From: Octopus sinensis
Taxonomy: Eukaryota
Reading direction: 5' to 3'
DNA: 64,000 nt
Assembly (NCBI RefSeq): GCF_006345805.1
Contig: NC_043016.1
Span: 32,912,115 to 32,976,114, forward strand
Below are positions 26,710 through 40,262 of this stretch, in pieces; position 1 is the first letter of the stretch; the number at the start of each line of letters is the position of its first letter. A model generated the notes under the pieces. It saw nothing but the letters and a program-made list of their open reading frames with translations. It did not search any database and was not told where the DNA came from. The position numbers and the translations under genes are program-made.

Positions 26710-28600
26710 CATAAAATGAGACAATACAGGACAAACAAAAGACAAAGATGTTACATGAGTTCGCATTGTATAAATATTAAAAATTAACTTACATAATATG
26801 TATTTTATATATCGTTTGAAAAAAATTAGAACTTTGATGTAAACTGAAACTAAGTCATAGAAACACACGAACAAAACGTTATAGGTCGCACCTGTAAGGT
26901 CCTGCAACGAACTTTTCCTTTCCTCAATGATTAAGCTGGGTTACTAACACCCACCTTTCTCATCACATCCTTCCGTTGTTTCTCGAATACTCTCGGTGGC
27001 AGGGTCCTCCTCTCCAGCCCCATCTTGCTCTTCAGATGGTATCTGAAGTAGGTCAGCAAACCGGGGCCTGAGATGAAAGACCCTTTCACCGCACCTTCCA
27101 TCCTCGTTCTCCAGACGCACTCTTTCAATATTGCAACCGTACAGTAAAAACATGCTTTACCTTCCTCTGTGAGTCCAGCTGGCGGAATCATCTTTATCAT
27201 AGATTCAGCTGACAGCTGTACTCGCCCCAAATGCGACAGCACGTGTTTGACGTAACTCATCAAGCTAGATAGCTCCCGACATTGCACAATAGCGTGCTGG
27301 ACAGTTTCCTTGTCTACCCCGCATCTTGGACACGTCGGTGACACTGGTACTCCGTGTCTGGATAACTTATCTCGAACAGGTAAAGCGTTCCTATAACACT
27401 GCCAGGTCAGGGAAGTTATCCAAATACCCCGACCTGAAAGTTTTTTTAAACAGGTTGGCGAGTTGGTTCTCATCGAACCCCAGAGCCCTTCCTAGGACGT
27501 CATCGTTCTTTTCCTCTACCAGCCCTCTATAGAACACCGAGGTGGTATTCCCACTGCTGGCCTTGCCCGCCTTATGGATCAGCCAGAGTGCCTGATGGCA
27601 CTCCTTCTGCCATAAAGTCAGGTTCGTCTTTTAATGAGACCGGGTTTAAATCCCTCCAAGGAGGCCGGTCGCGGCAAGAGCTCCTCCGCCAGCGGACTTC
27701 ACACCCTATCACTCTTCAAGTGGCACCAGAGATGTCTCAGCCTCAACGCATGTCTGCGCATCATCAGCCAGGGCATCCCCAGTCCGCCTTTTAACGGTTC
27801 CTGGCAGCAAACGGAGCTCTTCACAAGTGGATTTCCTCCCTTCCACAAAAAGCGGAAGATGATTCGCTCCAACTTGTTCATCCACGAATCGGGCAAGGCA
27901 CCACGGACAGGCGGTAGGTGATTACAGATGCTACAAACACCTGCACTACCTCCGCCCTGCCCTTCAAGGACAGAGGCCTTCCGGACCACTTCTGTACTAT
28001 AGCCTCCACCTTTTCACTGCCTCGCTCCAATTCTTCTCCGCCTGTGAGTCCGGAGCAAACAAACTCCGAGCAACTTAACAGGATATTGTCCAATGTCCGA
28101 CGACACTGGACGATATCGGCTTGTTCCTCCAGGTGCCGAAACGCAAACCGATGGACTTGTCCTTGTTAACTTTTGCCCCTGCCACCGCTTCGTATCTTCG
28201 GAGAGTACCTTCTATACGAGGCAGTTGTGCTTCGTCGGACACGATGAGGGTGACGTCATCTGCATAGGCGGAAACAGACCTACCGCATGCGATTTCATTT
28301 GGGTTGCCTCCTAACTTCTCCAACCTCCGCAGTAATGGCTCAATAGCCAAAACGAACAGAAGTGGAGACAAAGGACAACCTTGACGAACAGAACGCGTGA
28401 TCGAAAACGGCTCCGTTAGGTAGCCGTTTATCTGGACTGTGGATTTTATGCCGCTGTACATAGCGGAGATCCACCCGCAAAAGCCAGGGCCCAGCCAGCC
28501 GCTTCGAGGACCGCCCCCAGGTACTGATGGTCTACCCTATCGAACGCTTTACATTTGTCTAAATGGACCAATGCCCCTCCCTTGCCGGCTAATTTCCCAA
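26710..28600 (-). mobile_element. L1/Tx1-clade LINE ORF2 3' portion, frameshifted
   Basis: SVRQGCPLSPLLF, AYADD, IFRFLWKG, GGLG and zf-RVT-like LPVRDKL..CPRCG..ETVQHAIVQC. Confidence 0.85.
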
Positions 28601-28636
28601 CCCTGTCTAAGGTGTAGCGTAGAAGGTGAAGGTTAT

Positions 28637-31600
28637 CTTCTCTTTGTGGCAGGTGACTTCAGTGGACATGTTGGACGGCATGTCGGGGGCTTCCACGACA
28701 TACATGGAGACTACGGTTTTGGTTCTCGCAATGAGGAGGGAACCAGGCTGCTGGAGTTCTGCGATGCAAATGACCTTATGATTTGCAATACCAACTTCAG
28801 GAAACCCACCTCTCACCTAGTCACCTACCGTTCTGGCAGACACTCTAGCCAGATCGACTACATCCTCGCCAGAAAGAGGGAAAGAGGGCTGCTTATAAAT
28901 GCCAAAACCTTCCCAGGCGAAGAATGTATTCTTCAATATAGATTAGTAGTTAGCGATTTCAGGATCAGGGCCAAATGGCTGCCCAGAAGAAGACCAGCTC
29001 GGAGGAGAAGGTCTGGAAACTTAAAGATCTTGCAAATGGACGGAGATTTAGAGACGTCCTACTCGAAGCATTCGACGAAATAGAAGGGGATATAGCTTCA
29101 CATAATGTGGAAGACAACTGGAGGTTTCTACGGGACAATCTGCTGAGAGCCACTGACCAGATCTGTGGATGGAGCAAAGTCCCAGGGTAACGTGGTGGTG
29201 GAGCAATGTCGTAGATTAGAGACAAGAGACAGGCTTGGAAGGACTGGAAGAATGGCGGTAGCAGGGGTTTATATCAGACTGCGAAAAGAGAAGCTAGGAG
29301 ACAGGTTTATTTAGCCAGAGGGGAAGCAGATAAGAAAAAATTTGCCAATGTTCTGCGTCGTGAGGACAAAGATTTGAAGTATTTCGTGTGATGCAAGACA
29401 GTGTGTGAGAGAGAATCGTGATGTGGTAGGAGAGAAATGTGTTCGCATGGATGATGTTCACTTGCACTAAATGAGGATGCAAAGAGAGAGGTTTGGAGAT
29501 ACACTATGAAAGGTTGCTGAATAAAGAAAATGAATGGGATAAAGAGAGTCTGCCGAATGTCGACCCAACAGAGGGACCAGCTATCCAAGTTGACAGTTCC
29601 TTGGTAGTTAAGGCAATTAGAAGCATGAAGACAGGGAAAGCCCCAGGCCCATCAGGAATTACTGCAGAGATGCTCAAAATATCTGGCAGTGTCGGCTATA
29701 GCCTAGTCACCCGTATAGTTAACCAGGTGATACACGAAGGAGTCATACCCAGTGAGGTGGTGTAGTAGCATAATAGTCAACTGCTACAACGGTAAATGTG
29801 ACGCCCTACATACAAGTAATTAGAGGTATCAAGCTGTTAGATCAGGTAACGAAGGTTACGGAAAGGGTCATAGCCCAACTGATTAGGGAGAGAGTCAAAC
29901 TGGACGAGATGCAGTTCGGTTTCATGCCAGGGAAAAGCACCACCAATGCCATATTTCTGGTGAGACAGCTGCAGGAGAAATACCTAGCCAAAGATAAAAC
30001 TCTGTACCTGGCTTTCGTTGACTTGGAGAAAGCCTTTGACGGGGTGCCCCGATCCCTTATCTGGTGGTCAATGAGGAAACTAGGGATAGATGAATGGTTA
30101 GTGAGAGCTGTGCGAGCCATGTACAGGGACGCTGTTAATAAGGTGAGGGTTGGCAACAAGTACAGTGAAGAATTCCGGGTAGAGGTAGGGGTTCACCAAG
30201 GCTCAGTCCTCAGCCCCCTCCTATTTATCATAGTCCTCCAGGCAATAACAGAGGAATTCAAGACAGAATGCGCCTGGGAGCTCCTCTATGCTGATGACCT
30301 TGCTCTAATTACTGAGTCACTATCAGAACTGGAGGAGAAGTTTCAGGAGTGGAAGTAAGGATTAGAATCGAAGGGCCTTAGAGTCAACCTAGGTAAAACT
30401 AAGGTCCTAATAAGTAGGAAGGTAGACAAATCACAAACGCCTTCAGGTAGATGGCCCTGCTCGATCTGTAGAAAAGGCGTAGTAGGAACTCTAGAAGATG
30501 CACCAAATGTAGCTATGGACAATAAGAGTGCAGCAGCAATGTCAAAGGAAGGCTAACTGGGAGATACCTTTTGTATGTGGCAGATGTTCTGGTGCAATAA
30601 ACACTGAAAATGCGCAGAGACCATCTTCCGCCACATTCCAGGGAGAAAAAAACTAAATAGTTGATAGTTTCCGTTACCTAGGTGATCAAGTCAGTAGCGG
30701 GGGCGGGTGTGCTGAAAGTGTAACTGCTAGAGTAAGAATAGCCTGGGCAAAGTTCAGAGATCTCTTACCTCTGCTGGTAACAAGAGGCCTCTCGCTCAGA
30801 GTAAAAGGCAGACTGGATGACGCATGTGTACGAACAGCCATGCTACATGGCAGTGAAACATGGGCCGTGACTGCTGAGGATATGCGTAAGCTTGCAAGAA
30901 ATGAAGCCAGTATGCTCCAATGGATGTGGAATGTCAGTGTTCATACCCGACAGAATGTAAGTGCCTTGAGAGAAAAGTTGGACCTAGAAACATCAGATGT
31001 GGTGTGCAAGAGAAACGTCTTCGTTGGTATGACACGTGGTAAAAATGGATGAAGATAGTGTGTGAAAAAGTGCCACACCCTAGCGGTTGAGGGAACTGTG
31101 GAAGAGGTAGACCCAGGAAACCTGGGAGGAGGAAATGACCGGAGACCGAGACCTTTGGAAGTATGCTGTGCGTGAGAAGACCCGGCAGGACAAGTGAGGC
31201 CATAACCCGTGGCCTCTACCTAGGACGTAGTCAGTCCACCTGTGCATACCTTCCTTCTTGGGACACAAAACTCTACTTGTGAAGACCTGTTGAGGCAAGT
31301 GAAAATCGAAATCGATCAACATCAATGGAATTTGTAGTTGTGATACCAGTGCCAGTGGCATGTGTAGTGACGCTATCCAACAGCGCGCGCGCGCAACGCC
31401 ACTTCAGTTCGCGTGTGCGGGTTTGGAGCCTCTGGTGAAGCAGAAGGGAAGCGCTCTCTCGCGCATGCGCGAAGACAAGAAGAAGGGAATATGATGTGGT
31501 ATTTAGCTGACAGGAGGCGTGGGAAGGTGAAACCTTGACCAGAAAGGGTACAGAGACACGTAGCAGTCGGACAGAAGGCTGCCACACCAAATTGTAGCAG

Positions 31601-34600
31601 ACGTGTAATTTCTCCGCTCTCTAAGGACGCTATATTTGACCAGCTCTGTTGCTGCTGAACTTGTAAGATTCTTACAAGCGTTAAAGTTTCAGCCTTGCCA
31701 CATCCATACCAAGTGGAACCAAATATACCACCTTATTTCTTACTGTTATAAGAAAAATAAAGAGTATATATATTTTTACTGTTGCGTTTGTGTTCTTTGA
31801 CTGGTAGAATCTGGTAATTTAAGCAACGGAAATGTGAATGCACCCGAGTTGCACCCTAAAAGTGCAAGAAGCAATAATTCCCGTTACAGTGGTGACCCCG
31901 AGAACACTCAACAAAACCAGTTTCTGCCTAGTCTGAACCACGATCAATTTGCGCAGTCATCATCCTCAAAGTTTTCAGCTATTTTCATCTTAGCACACGC
32001 ACGGAAAAAAAAAAAAAGAAAATTTTTTTTTTTCGGTTAAGACGCGACGAAGGTTTGTAAAATAAAAAAGAAAAGAATTTTTTTATTCTCTGTGCACACA
32101 GTACAAAAAAAAACCAAAAAAAAACCCCTTTTTTTTTTGTAAATTTCACATACAAAAAATTTTATTGATTCAATTGCTGGTCTTGTTTTTCCTTTTCTCC
32201 TTGTTGCGTCCGTTCACCTTTGATTCATTGTCGTTTGACTTTCCTTTGACAGAATCATCTAAAACTTAAAAAACTACAAAATATCTCTAACATCACGGTC
32301 TGCTGGTGCCTGCTCACAAGCTTTTTCAGCTTCGATTGAGGGACTTTCTAAACAAATAGAAAGTCTCACCAAAAGGATGGACGCGCGATGGCAAGCGATT
32401 TTCAAAATCGCGGAGTCGAAGCCGTACATCGTCACGTGCCACACAGTCAAAGTCCGGACTGTGTTGTTGGTATCACTCCAATTTTGGAGAGAAAGCACAT
32501 AAGTGCATACAGCCATGCACCTTTAAACTAGCTTCGGAGAATTTAAGCACGTCAACTTCCTCCACAACATTTTCTAGTTATCGTGCATTTTCGTCAAGGA
32601 TCAAGTGTCGAAGAAAAACTTCATGGTGGACACTGGTTCTTGTTGCAGCATTTGGCCTTTGCGTCTCACAACCGACAGGCCAAAACGATCTAACGTTACA
32701 TTGCACGCTATTGACTCGTCACCAATATCCACATTCGGTCAGATCTCGTTACGCCTTGATATTAATCTTCGTCGAGACTTTCAATGGGTTTTTATCATGC
32801 TGACATTCAGCATCCTATTTAGGTGCGGATTTCTAAGCAATTTTGATTTATTGGTAGATGTCAGACGTCGGAGGCTAGTCGATACTTCGACTACACTCTC
32901 CACGCCGACCAGAGAATCTACCAATTCAGCTCTTAGCCCGACATTTTTGTTTCAACATCTGGAGACGTTTTTCACTCTCTTTTGGCCTCTTTTCCAGAGC
33001 TATTTGATGTTACCTTTAAAGTGGCTAAGCCATTACACTCGACACAACACTTTATAACACAACACTGGACCGCCTGTTTTTTCGCGTCCACGGCGTCTTT
33101 CACATGATCGACTTAAAACTGCTAGGGCTGAGTTTGAGCATATGCTCCAGCTCGGTCTGATACGCCCATCCACCAGTCCATGGGCATCACCCCTTCATTT
33201 AGTTAGAAAAGGGGATACAGATTTTCGCCCGGTGGGAGATTATCGGCGTCTAATTCGGTGACGATTCCGGACAAATATCCAATAAGGATTCTAAACGACT
33301 TTTCGGCAAATCTCCATGGCTGTACCATTTTTTCTAAGGTTGACCTTATACGTGCTTATCATCAAATACCGGTCAACCCAGACGAATGTTCCTAAAACGG
33401 CAATTCACTCCTTTTGGCTGTTTCGATTTTGTTTATGAGTTTTGAGTTTTGGTTTGAGGAACGCTACTAAGTACGTTCCAACGTTTTATAGATGAAGTTG
33501 TTCGTGGACTTGATTTTTTTTTTCGCGTATGTCGATGATATTCTCATCGCAAGTGATACGCATGAAAATCATCTCCTGCACTTGTCTCAGCTTTTTCAGC
33601 GTCTTCGCGACTATGGTGTTCGCATTAATCCAGACAAGTGTGTTTTTGGGCAACCATCTCTTAATTTTCTCGGTCATTATATTTATTCGAGAGGAATCAA
33701 ACCACTCTCGTCTAAAGTCGATGCTATCAGTGCATCGCACCACCTTCTTCTTTGCGTCAACTTCGCCATTTTTTGGGCATAGTTAATTTCTATCGACGTT
33801 TCATAGATCGGTGTGCGGACAAGTTGTTTCCTTTAACGCAGATGCTAAAGGGCAATTCTAAAAAGGACGCCCGTCTTCTTACTCTTTCGGCTGAAGCACT
33901 GTCTGCCTTTGAGTTAGTTAAAAAGGAACTAGCTTCAGTCCCTGTTTTAGCACATCCGGCTCCTGATGCTCCACTTACATTATCTGTGGACGCATCAGAG
34001 TCTGCAATTGGCGCTGTTTTGCAGCACACGTAGGGGTGAGGTGAAGTTAAACCTTTGGCTTTCTTTTCTTGCCAGCTAAAGCCAGCTGAACGCAGATATA
34101 GTACTTTTGATCGAGAGTTACTAGCGATCTATCTGTCAGCTCGGCATTTTCAGCACCAGCTCGAGGGACGAGAGTTTGTGATTTATACTGATCACAAGCC
34201 CTTACCTTTGCATATCTTCTAAAACGGATAAACTCTCTCCTCGTGCTTTCCGTCACCTGGACTATATTTCTCAATTTACAAGTGATATTAGGCATTGTGC
34301 CAGGGAGGGAGAACGTCCCTGCAGATGCTCTCTAGACTCCCTGTCAATTCCATTTCCTCTCCTGCAGCAATTGACTTAACTGCTATTTCGCAGGATCAAC
34401 CACCTTTAGAGGAGTTGGATTTAACTTCGCCTAAGTTTGTTAACTGTAGTTTGCCTACCTTCCGCTCCCTTCAGCAGAAGGCTCTATTCTTTGTGACGTC
34501 TCTACCGGTTCACCTAGACCATTAGTACCTGAGAACATCAACGTTCTGTGTTTGATGCTCTTCATTCACTGTCACATCCAGGTATCTCTGCCACAGTAAA

Positions 34601-36895
34601 GCTCGTTACTGCTCGGTTCTTCTGGCCCAATATGCGACGATCAATTACCTCTTGGGCACGCTCTTGTTTGAGGTGAGAGGTGCCAGAGTGCTAAAGTCCA
34701 TAGACACGTTCGTGCTCCACTTGGACAGTTTTCTTCTCCTGAAGCCCGTTTTCGCCATGTCCACTTTGATTTGGTTGGACCATGGCCTGTGAGTCGCGGG
34801 TTTCATACATTTTAACTGTGTATTGATCGCTTTCACGCTGGCCGGAAGCTATTCCAATAGCAGACATTTCTGCTGAAACTGTTGCGAAAGCTTTCGTGTC
34901 TAATTGGATTTCTAGGTATGGTGGTTGTACCGTCCAGTTTAACCACTGATCGTGGTCGACAATTCGAGTCTGCCTTGTTTCGTGAGTTATCACGAATCCT
35001 GGGGATGCATCATATACGTACCACTAGTTACCCCCGCTTCTAAGGGATGGTGGAGCGTTTCCACAGGCAACTTAAGGCCGCGTTGCGTGCCTCGCGAAAT
35101 CCACAGTCGTGGACTGAATTTCTACCAATCGTCCTGCTTGGATGTCGGACTGCGATAAAAGCAGACCTGGGTTTTCGTCTGCTGAGCTCTTGTATGGTAC
35201 CACACTAGCATTGCCTGGTACGATGTTGGTGCCAGACAAGTCACAGTCTCTTAATTTAGAGTCTTATGTTGCTCGACTACGCAGATATTTTCTGCCTTCC
35301 TCCTATGGACCCTCGACACCAAAAATCCTCCTTTTAATGTGCCATCAGATCTTGATTCTGGACGCATGTATTTATTGTGATGATTCTGTCAATGGACCTC
35401 TTGTTTCTCCTTATAAAGGACCTTTTTCGTGTGATTTCTCGCACGCCGAAAGTATTCAAACTTGAAATTAACGGTCGTTCAGAGACCGTTCTCCGTAGAT
35501 CGTCTTAAAAGGGCATATTTTGAGGTGTCACATCTTTTAATAACCCCACTGCCAACAACCATCGTTGAACTTTCACATGCACCTTTGACAACACACCATT
35601 CACACACCTGCACCTTTGACAACACAACTATTTACACATGCACCTTTATCAAAACATCATCGGCAACACCACCTTCGTCGTCGCAGCCTGCCTCGAACAG
35701 ACTTATGTTACGTCAGGCAGGCAGAACTGTTCACTGGCCGAAAAAACTTTCCAAAACTATTTATATTTGACATTCTCAATTGTGACAGTTTCAATACTCA
35801 TTGAACTTTGCTCATTTTGAGTATTTTTTTCTCCTTTTCCTTTTGGTGCATTTCTTGTTTATATTGTAAATTTGCCTTGATTTGTTATATTGTGTGCTAT
35901 TTTGGTTATCTGGTATCCACCTTGAGTTTTAAAGTCACTACAACGAATTTTGTTTCGTGCTACGCACTTGTGGGGGGAGCCTTTGTAGTGACGCTATCCA
36001 ACAAGCGCGCGCGCAACGCCACTTCAGTTCGCGTGTGTGGGGTTTGGAGCCTTCTGGTGAGTGAAGCAGAGGGAAGCGCTCTCTCGCGCATGCGCGAAGA
36101 CAAGAAGAAGGGATGATGTGATTTGTGTGGTATTTAGCTGACAGGAGGCGTGGAAGTGAAACCTTGACAGAAAGGGTACAGGACACGTAGCAGTCGGGCA
36201 GAAGGTGCCACACCAACCAAATTGTAGCAGACGTGTAATTTCTCGCTCTCTAAGGACGCTATATTTGACCAGCTCTGTTGTCGGCTGACTTGTAACTGCA
36301 TTCTTAACAAGCGTTAAGATCTTAGCCCCTGCCACATCCATACCAAGTGGACCAAATATACCACCTTATTTCTTACTGTTATAAGAAAAATAAAGAGTAT
36401 ATATATTTTTACTGTTGCGTTTGTGTTCTTTGACTGGTAGAATCTGGAAATTTAAGCAACGGAAATGTGAATGCACCCGAGTTGCACCCTAAAAGTGCAA
36501 GAAGCAATAATTCCCGTTACACATGTAAGAGAACCATCCGAACGTGGCCGTAGCCAGCGCCGTATCGACTGGCCTCTGTGCCCGTTGCATGTAACAAACT
36601 CCATCCGATCGTGGCCATTGCCAGCCTCGCCTGGCCTCCGTGCCGGTGGCACATAAAAAGCACCATCCGAGCGTGGCCGTTTGCCAGCCTCGTCTGGCAC
36701 CTGTGTCGGTGGCACGTAAAAAGCACCCACTACACTCACGGAGTGGTTGGCATTAGGAAGGGCATCCGGCTGTAGAAACACTGCCAGATCTGACTGGCCT
36801 GGTGCAGCCTTCGAGCTTTCCAGACCCCAGTTGAACCGTCCAACCTATGCTAGCATGGAAAGCGGACCTAAACGATGATGATGATGATGATGATG
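28637..36895 (+). mobile_element. RTE-clade LINE, copy B, interrupted in its 3' UTR by a Gypsy provirus
   Basis: Same family and same 3' flank as copies A and C; GDFSGHVG, SQIDYIL, EMQFGFMPG, LLYADD; the 3' UTR resumes at 36522 and ends in (GAT)n. Confidence 0.92.
31363..36521 (+). mobile_element. Gypsy/Ty3 LTR retrotransposon with both LTRs, frameshifted pol and mostly missing gag
   Basis: LTRs 31363-31888 and 35984-36521 (TG..CA); TSD CATG; PBS TGGTGACCCCGA at 31890-31901 (complementary to the tRNA-Trp 3' end); PPT ggggggag at 35972. Motifs: CWYH..FG..A.KC..PC, VDTGS, YVDDILI, VDASESAIGAVL, HSLSHPG, YKGPF. Confidence 0.95.
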
Positions 36896-37404
36896 TAGTA
36901 TATATAGATTTATTATTTTATTCAATTATATAGTTGACCAAAATATCAATTAATATTAAACTAATTTACTTAAATGTAATATTATGTAATAAATAGACCA
37001 CCTAACTTTTAAATAATATATTGTCTTACAAAACTAATTCTCCAATTAAATTATATAATTCGTTAAATCACATTATAAAATTAATAATAATCATAAAACA
37101 TAATAAATAAATAGATATATATATATCGTAACTAATAATTATCAATAAATTATATATAAATTAATATTTTAGCTACAATAATAATCATAATAATAATCAA
37201 ACTTAATACAATTCAATAGTTAAATAATAGTTAAATAGAAAACATTACTTAGCGTTTATAAGAAATTAAACTCGTGAAAACGTTGTGTAAAAAATAGAAT
37301 AAAATTATCAATGAAAATGACGAAAAATATTTATTAATGAAAAAGACGAAAAATATTTAAGCTTCATGAATGAAAGAAAAATAGAATAACAAAAGAACTA
37401 TAAA
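36896..37404 (-). repeat. Third copy of the AT-rich RTE flank
   Basis: Direct repeat of 43222-43702 and reverse complement of ~22728-23213. Confidence 0.9.
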
Positions 37405-40245
37405 CTTAGATATGTTTCGACCAAAGATTGGTCCAGGCCATGTCTAACTTAATAGCACCACCTGATAGGATTATTCGAACCCTGTTTAAGTCAAGTTTTG
37501 TTTATGGTCCATTCAAGTAGTGAGTTCTTGTTGGGTGAGTTGTATCCAATTATGGGTGGCTTATCTAGTATTCTTTGAAGGAATCTATGCAGACTCCGTT
37601 TAAAATTGATGGGATCCTTTTCCTCTTTGATCTCCCTCGGGACAATGTTAAATAGGGCAGGGCCTGTTGAGGAAAAGAAATTATGTTGCAGTGTACATGT
37701 ATGCTGTGATCTTGAATTGGGCAGGGGACGTATGGCCCGTGGTCCCAGTCTTGGATGAAACCTGAAGCTAATGTTCAGGTCGATTGGGCAAAGTTGGCGG
37801 TATATTCTCCACATCGTACAAATGATGTACCGCTCACGGCGAGGCTGGAAAGTGTAAAGTTTCAAGGCTTTAAGGCGATCCCAGTAATCGAGAGCAGCCA
37901 TGCCTTCAATTCGTTTAGTGAGTGCCCTCTGGGGTGACTCAATCCTCGAGATGTTTTGTCTTGTATGGGGAGACCACAGTGGGCAGCAATATTCAAGGTG
38001 TGGCCGTGCACCTTGTTCTCTGGACCGGAAAGTTCTTAAGATCCAGGAACTCATCCTACGAGCTATATCGACCTTCTTGTTGATGTGTGCACTCTAACTG
38101 AGATCGTCATCAACAATTACACCTAGGTCTCTGATATTGTTAGAGGCTATGAGCGGTTCCCCTGAAGGAAGAGAGTATGGCTGTTTCAGTGAGGAGTTTC
38201 TTCCAAAATGCATCTGCTCAAATTTTCCCTCGTTCAGTTGCATTTTGTTTCTGTCTGCCCATTGATTCACAGCATATAGATCAGACTGGAGTTGAGTTCG
38301 GTCTGCTTCTTCATTGACGATTTGCTGGAGCTTAGTGTCATCAGCAAATATTTTCACTTTGCAGTAATGTACGACACTGGAAAGGTCGTTTATGTAAATT
38401 ATGAAGAGTAGCGGACACAAGACAGTCCCCTGGGGGACACCGCTGGTGACTTTTGCTGGGCTTGAGTGGACTCCATCAACTACAACATGTTGTGTTCTAT
38501 TTGCCAGGAAATACTTAATCCAGTGTAGAACTTTTCCACGGATTCCAACGTTTGCCAATTTTGAGAGTAGGATATTATGGTCTACCCTGTCGAACGCTTT
38601 ACTGAAGTCAAGATATATGACGTCAGAGTTCGAACCTGTTCCCAAGGCTTTGAGTACATCTTCAATGTGGTGTAAGAGCTGTGTTAGACAGTCCCTGCCA
38701 CAGCGAAAGCCATGCTGATTTGCATTTAGGAGTTTGTGGGTCTCCAGGAAGTCAGCTATCCTTGATCTTAACACTCTTTCAAACACTTTAATGATGTGGG
38801 AGGTGAGTGAGATTGGGCGATAGTTGAGTGCGAGGGATCTGTTTCCCTGTTTGAAAACCGGGATGACCGACTGGGATAGAAACTATTTCGGTATATAACC
38901 TGCGTCTAATGAATTTCTCCAGAGGTTGGTCAGAGTGACTGCAAGTTGGTGTCTACATTCCTTCAGGAGACTAGCGGGGAATCTATCAGGGCCTACAGCA
39001 GAGTAGTATTTGACCTCATTTATTGCTGCTACGATGTCAGTGGCAGTGAAGGTTATGTCTGAGATTTTATGTTGGGAGTCAACTTCGTTCGCTTCTCTTA
39101 CGTCAATATCAGTGGGAACACTATAGACAGAACAGTATTGTTTCTGCAATATTTCTGCCATTTCTTTAGCATCGTGTTGGGGAATGCCGTTATCATCAAT
39201 CAATGGCCCAATGGGTGAGACAGTGGTTCTATGCTTATTTGCATAAGAATAGAACATCTTTGGGTTCTGTTTGATGCTTTTGATTACCCACTGTTCCTCC
39301 ACAGCTCTTTGATTTTCAATGGAGGTTTTCATGTCGGTCTGCAGATGAAGCTTTTCCAGCTCTAGCCTTTTCATTGTTGTTGAATGTGGATGATGTATGA
39401 GGGAATATCTTAATTGGTTGATTTTTTTGTTGAGTCTTTTGATGCGCCTGATGAGTGCTTTTATTCTTTTTAGGGAGCCGGTTACTGTTAGTGTTAGTAG
39501 ATTTCGTGGGAGCGTGTTTAGAGCATGTATAGATGACAATGTTTTCAAAGTGCTGCCATGCGGTCTCAATATGGGTGGAATTGTAAGTAAAAGACCAGTC
39601 GATGAAAGACAGATCCTTTCTGATTGCTCCCCAGTCCGCTTTGTGGAAGTTTATGTTGTCAAATGAGTGGGATTGGCTGGTTTGGTTTTTATATGTCGGG
39701 AATTAAAATTGCAGAGTACCATGTGGTCTGAGAGGAGAGTTTTTTCAACTGAAATACTGTGAACGAAGCTAGAGTGATTGGTCAATACCAGATCCAAGGT
39801 CATTTTATTCTGTCTCGTTGGTTCGAGCACTAGCTGAGTGAGGAAGTATTCATACATCAGATTAAAGAGCAGTTCTGCTGCTGCTCTATCTGATGTAGAG
39901 CATTTGCCTAACTTCAGAGTATTTGTGGGCCAGTTCACATGAGGGGGGTTAAAATCACCCATCACTAGTATGTTTCCGGAGTGGTACTTCCGGAGGAAGG
40001 ACTTGACTTTGCTAAGGCACTCTTCAAAACACTTTAGAGGTGCTTGGGGAGACCTGTAAAGACCAACAATGATTATGTCCTTGGCCTTGCTGAATAGTGA
40101 TACTGATTCACGATAGCCATTGGAAAATATGTCCTTGGCATCAAGTGAAAAGGAGTCATGGATAAAGATGGCTGTCCCTCCCTTATTTCGGTCTGTGCGA
40201 TCCGCACGAACAATGGTGAAATCTTTTATTTTCACCTCGGCGTCC
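37405..40245 (-). mobile_element. CR1-like LINE, 5'-truncated ORF2 (endonuclease + RT), with stops and frameshifts
   Basis: RADR..KGGTAIF, MGDFN, TLDLVL, NYRPISLTS, QHGFR, YLDFSKAFDRV, SGVPQGTVL, IFADD, RPHLEYCCPLWSP. Confidence 0.92.
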
Positions 40246-40262
40246 ATTAGAAGCATGAAGCA

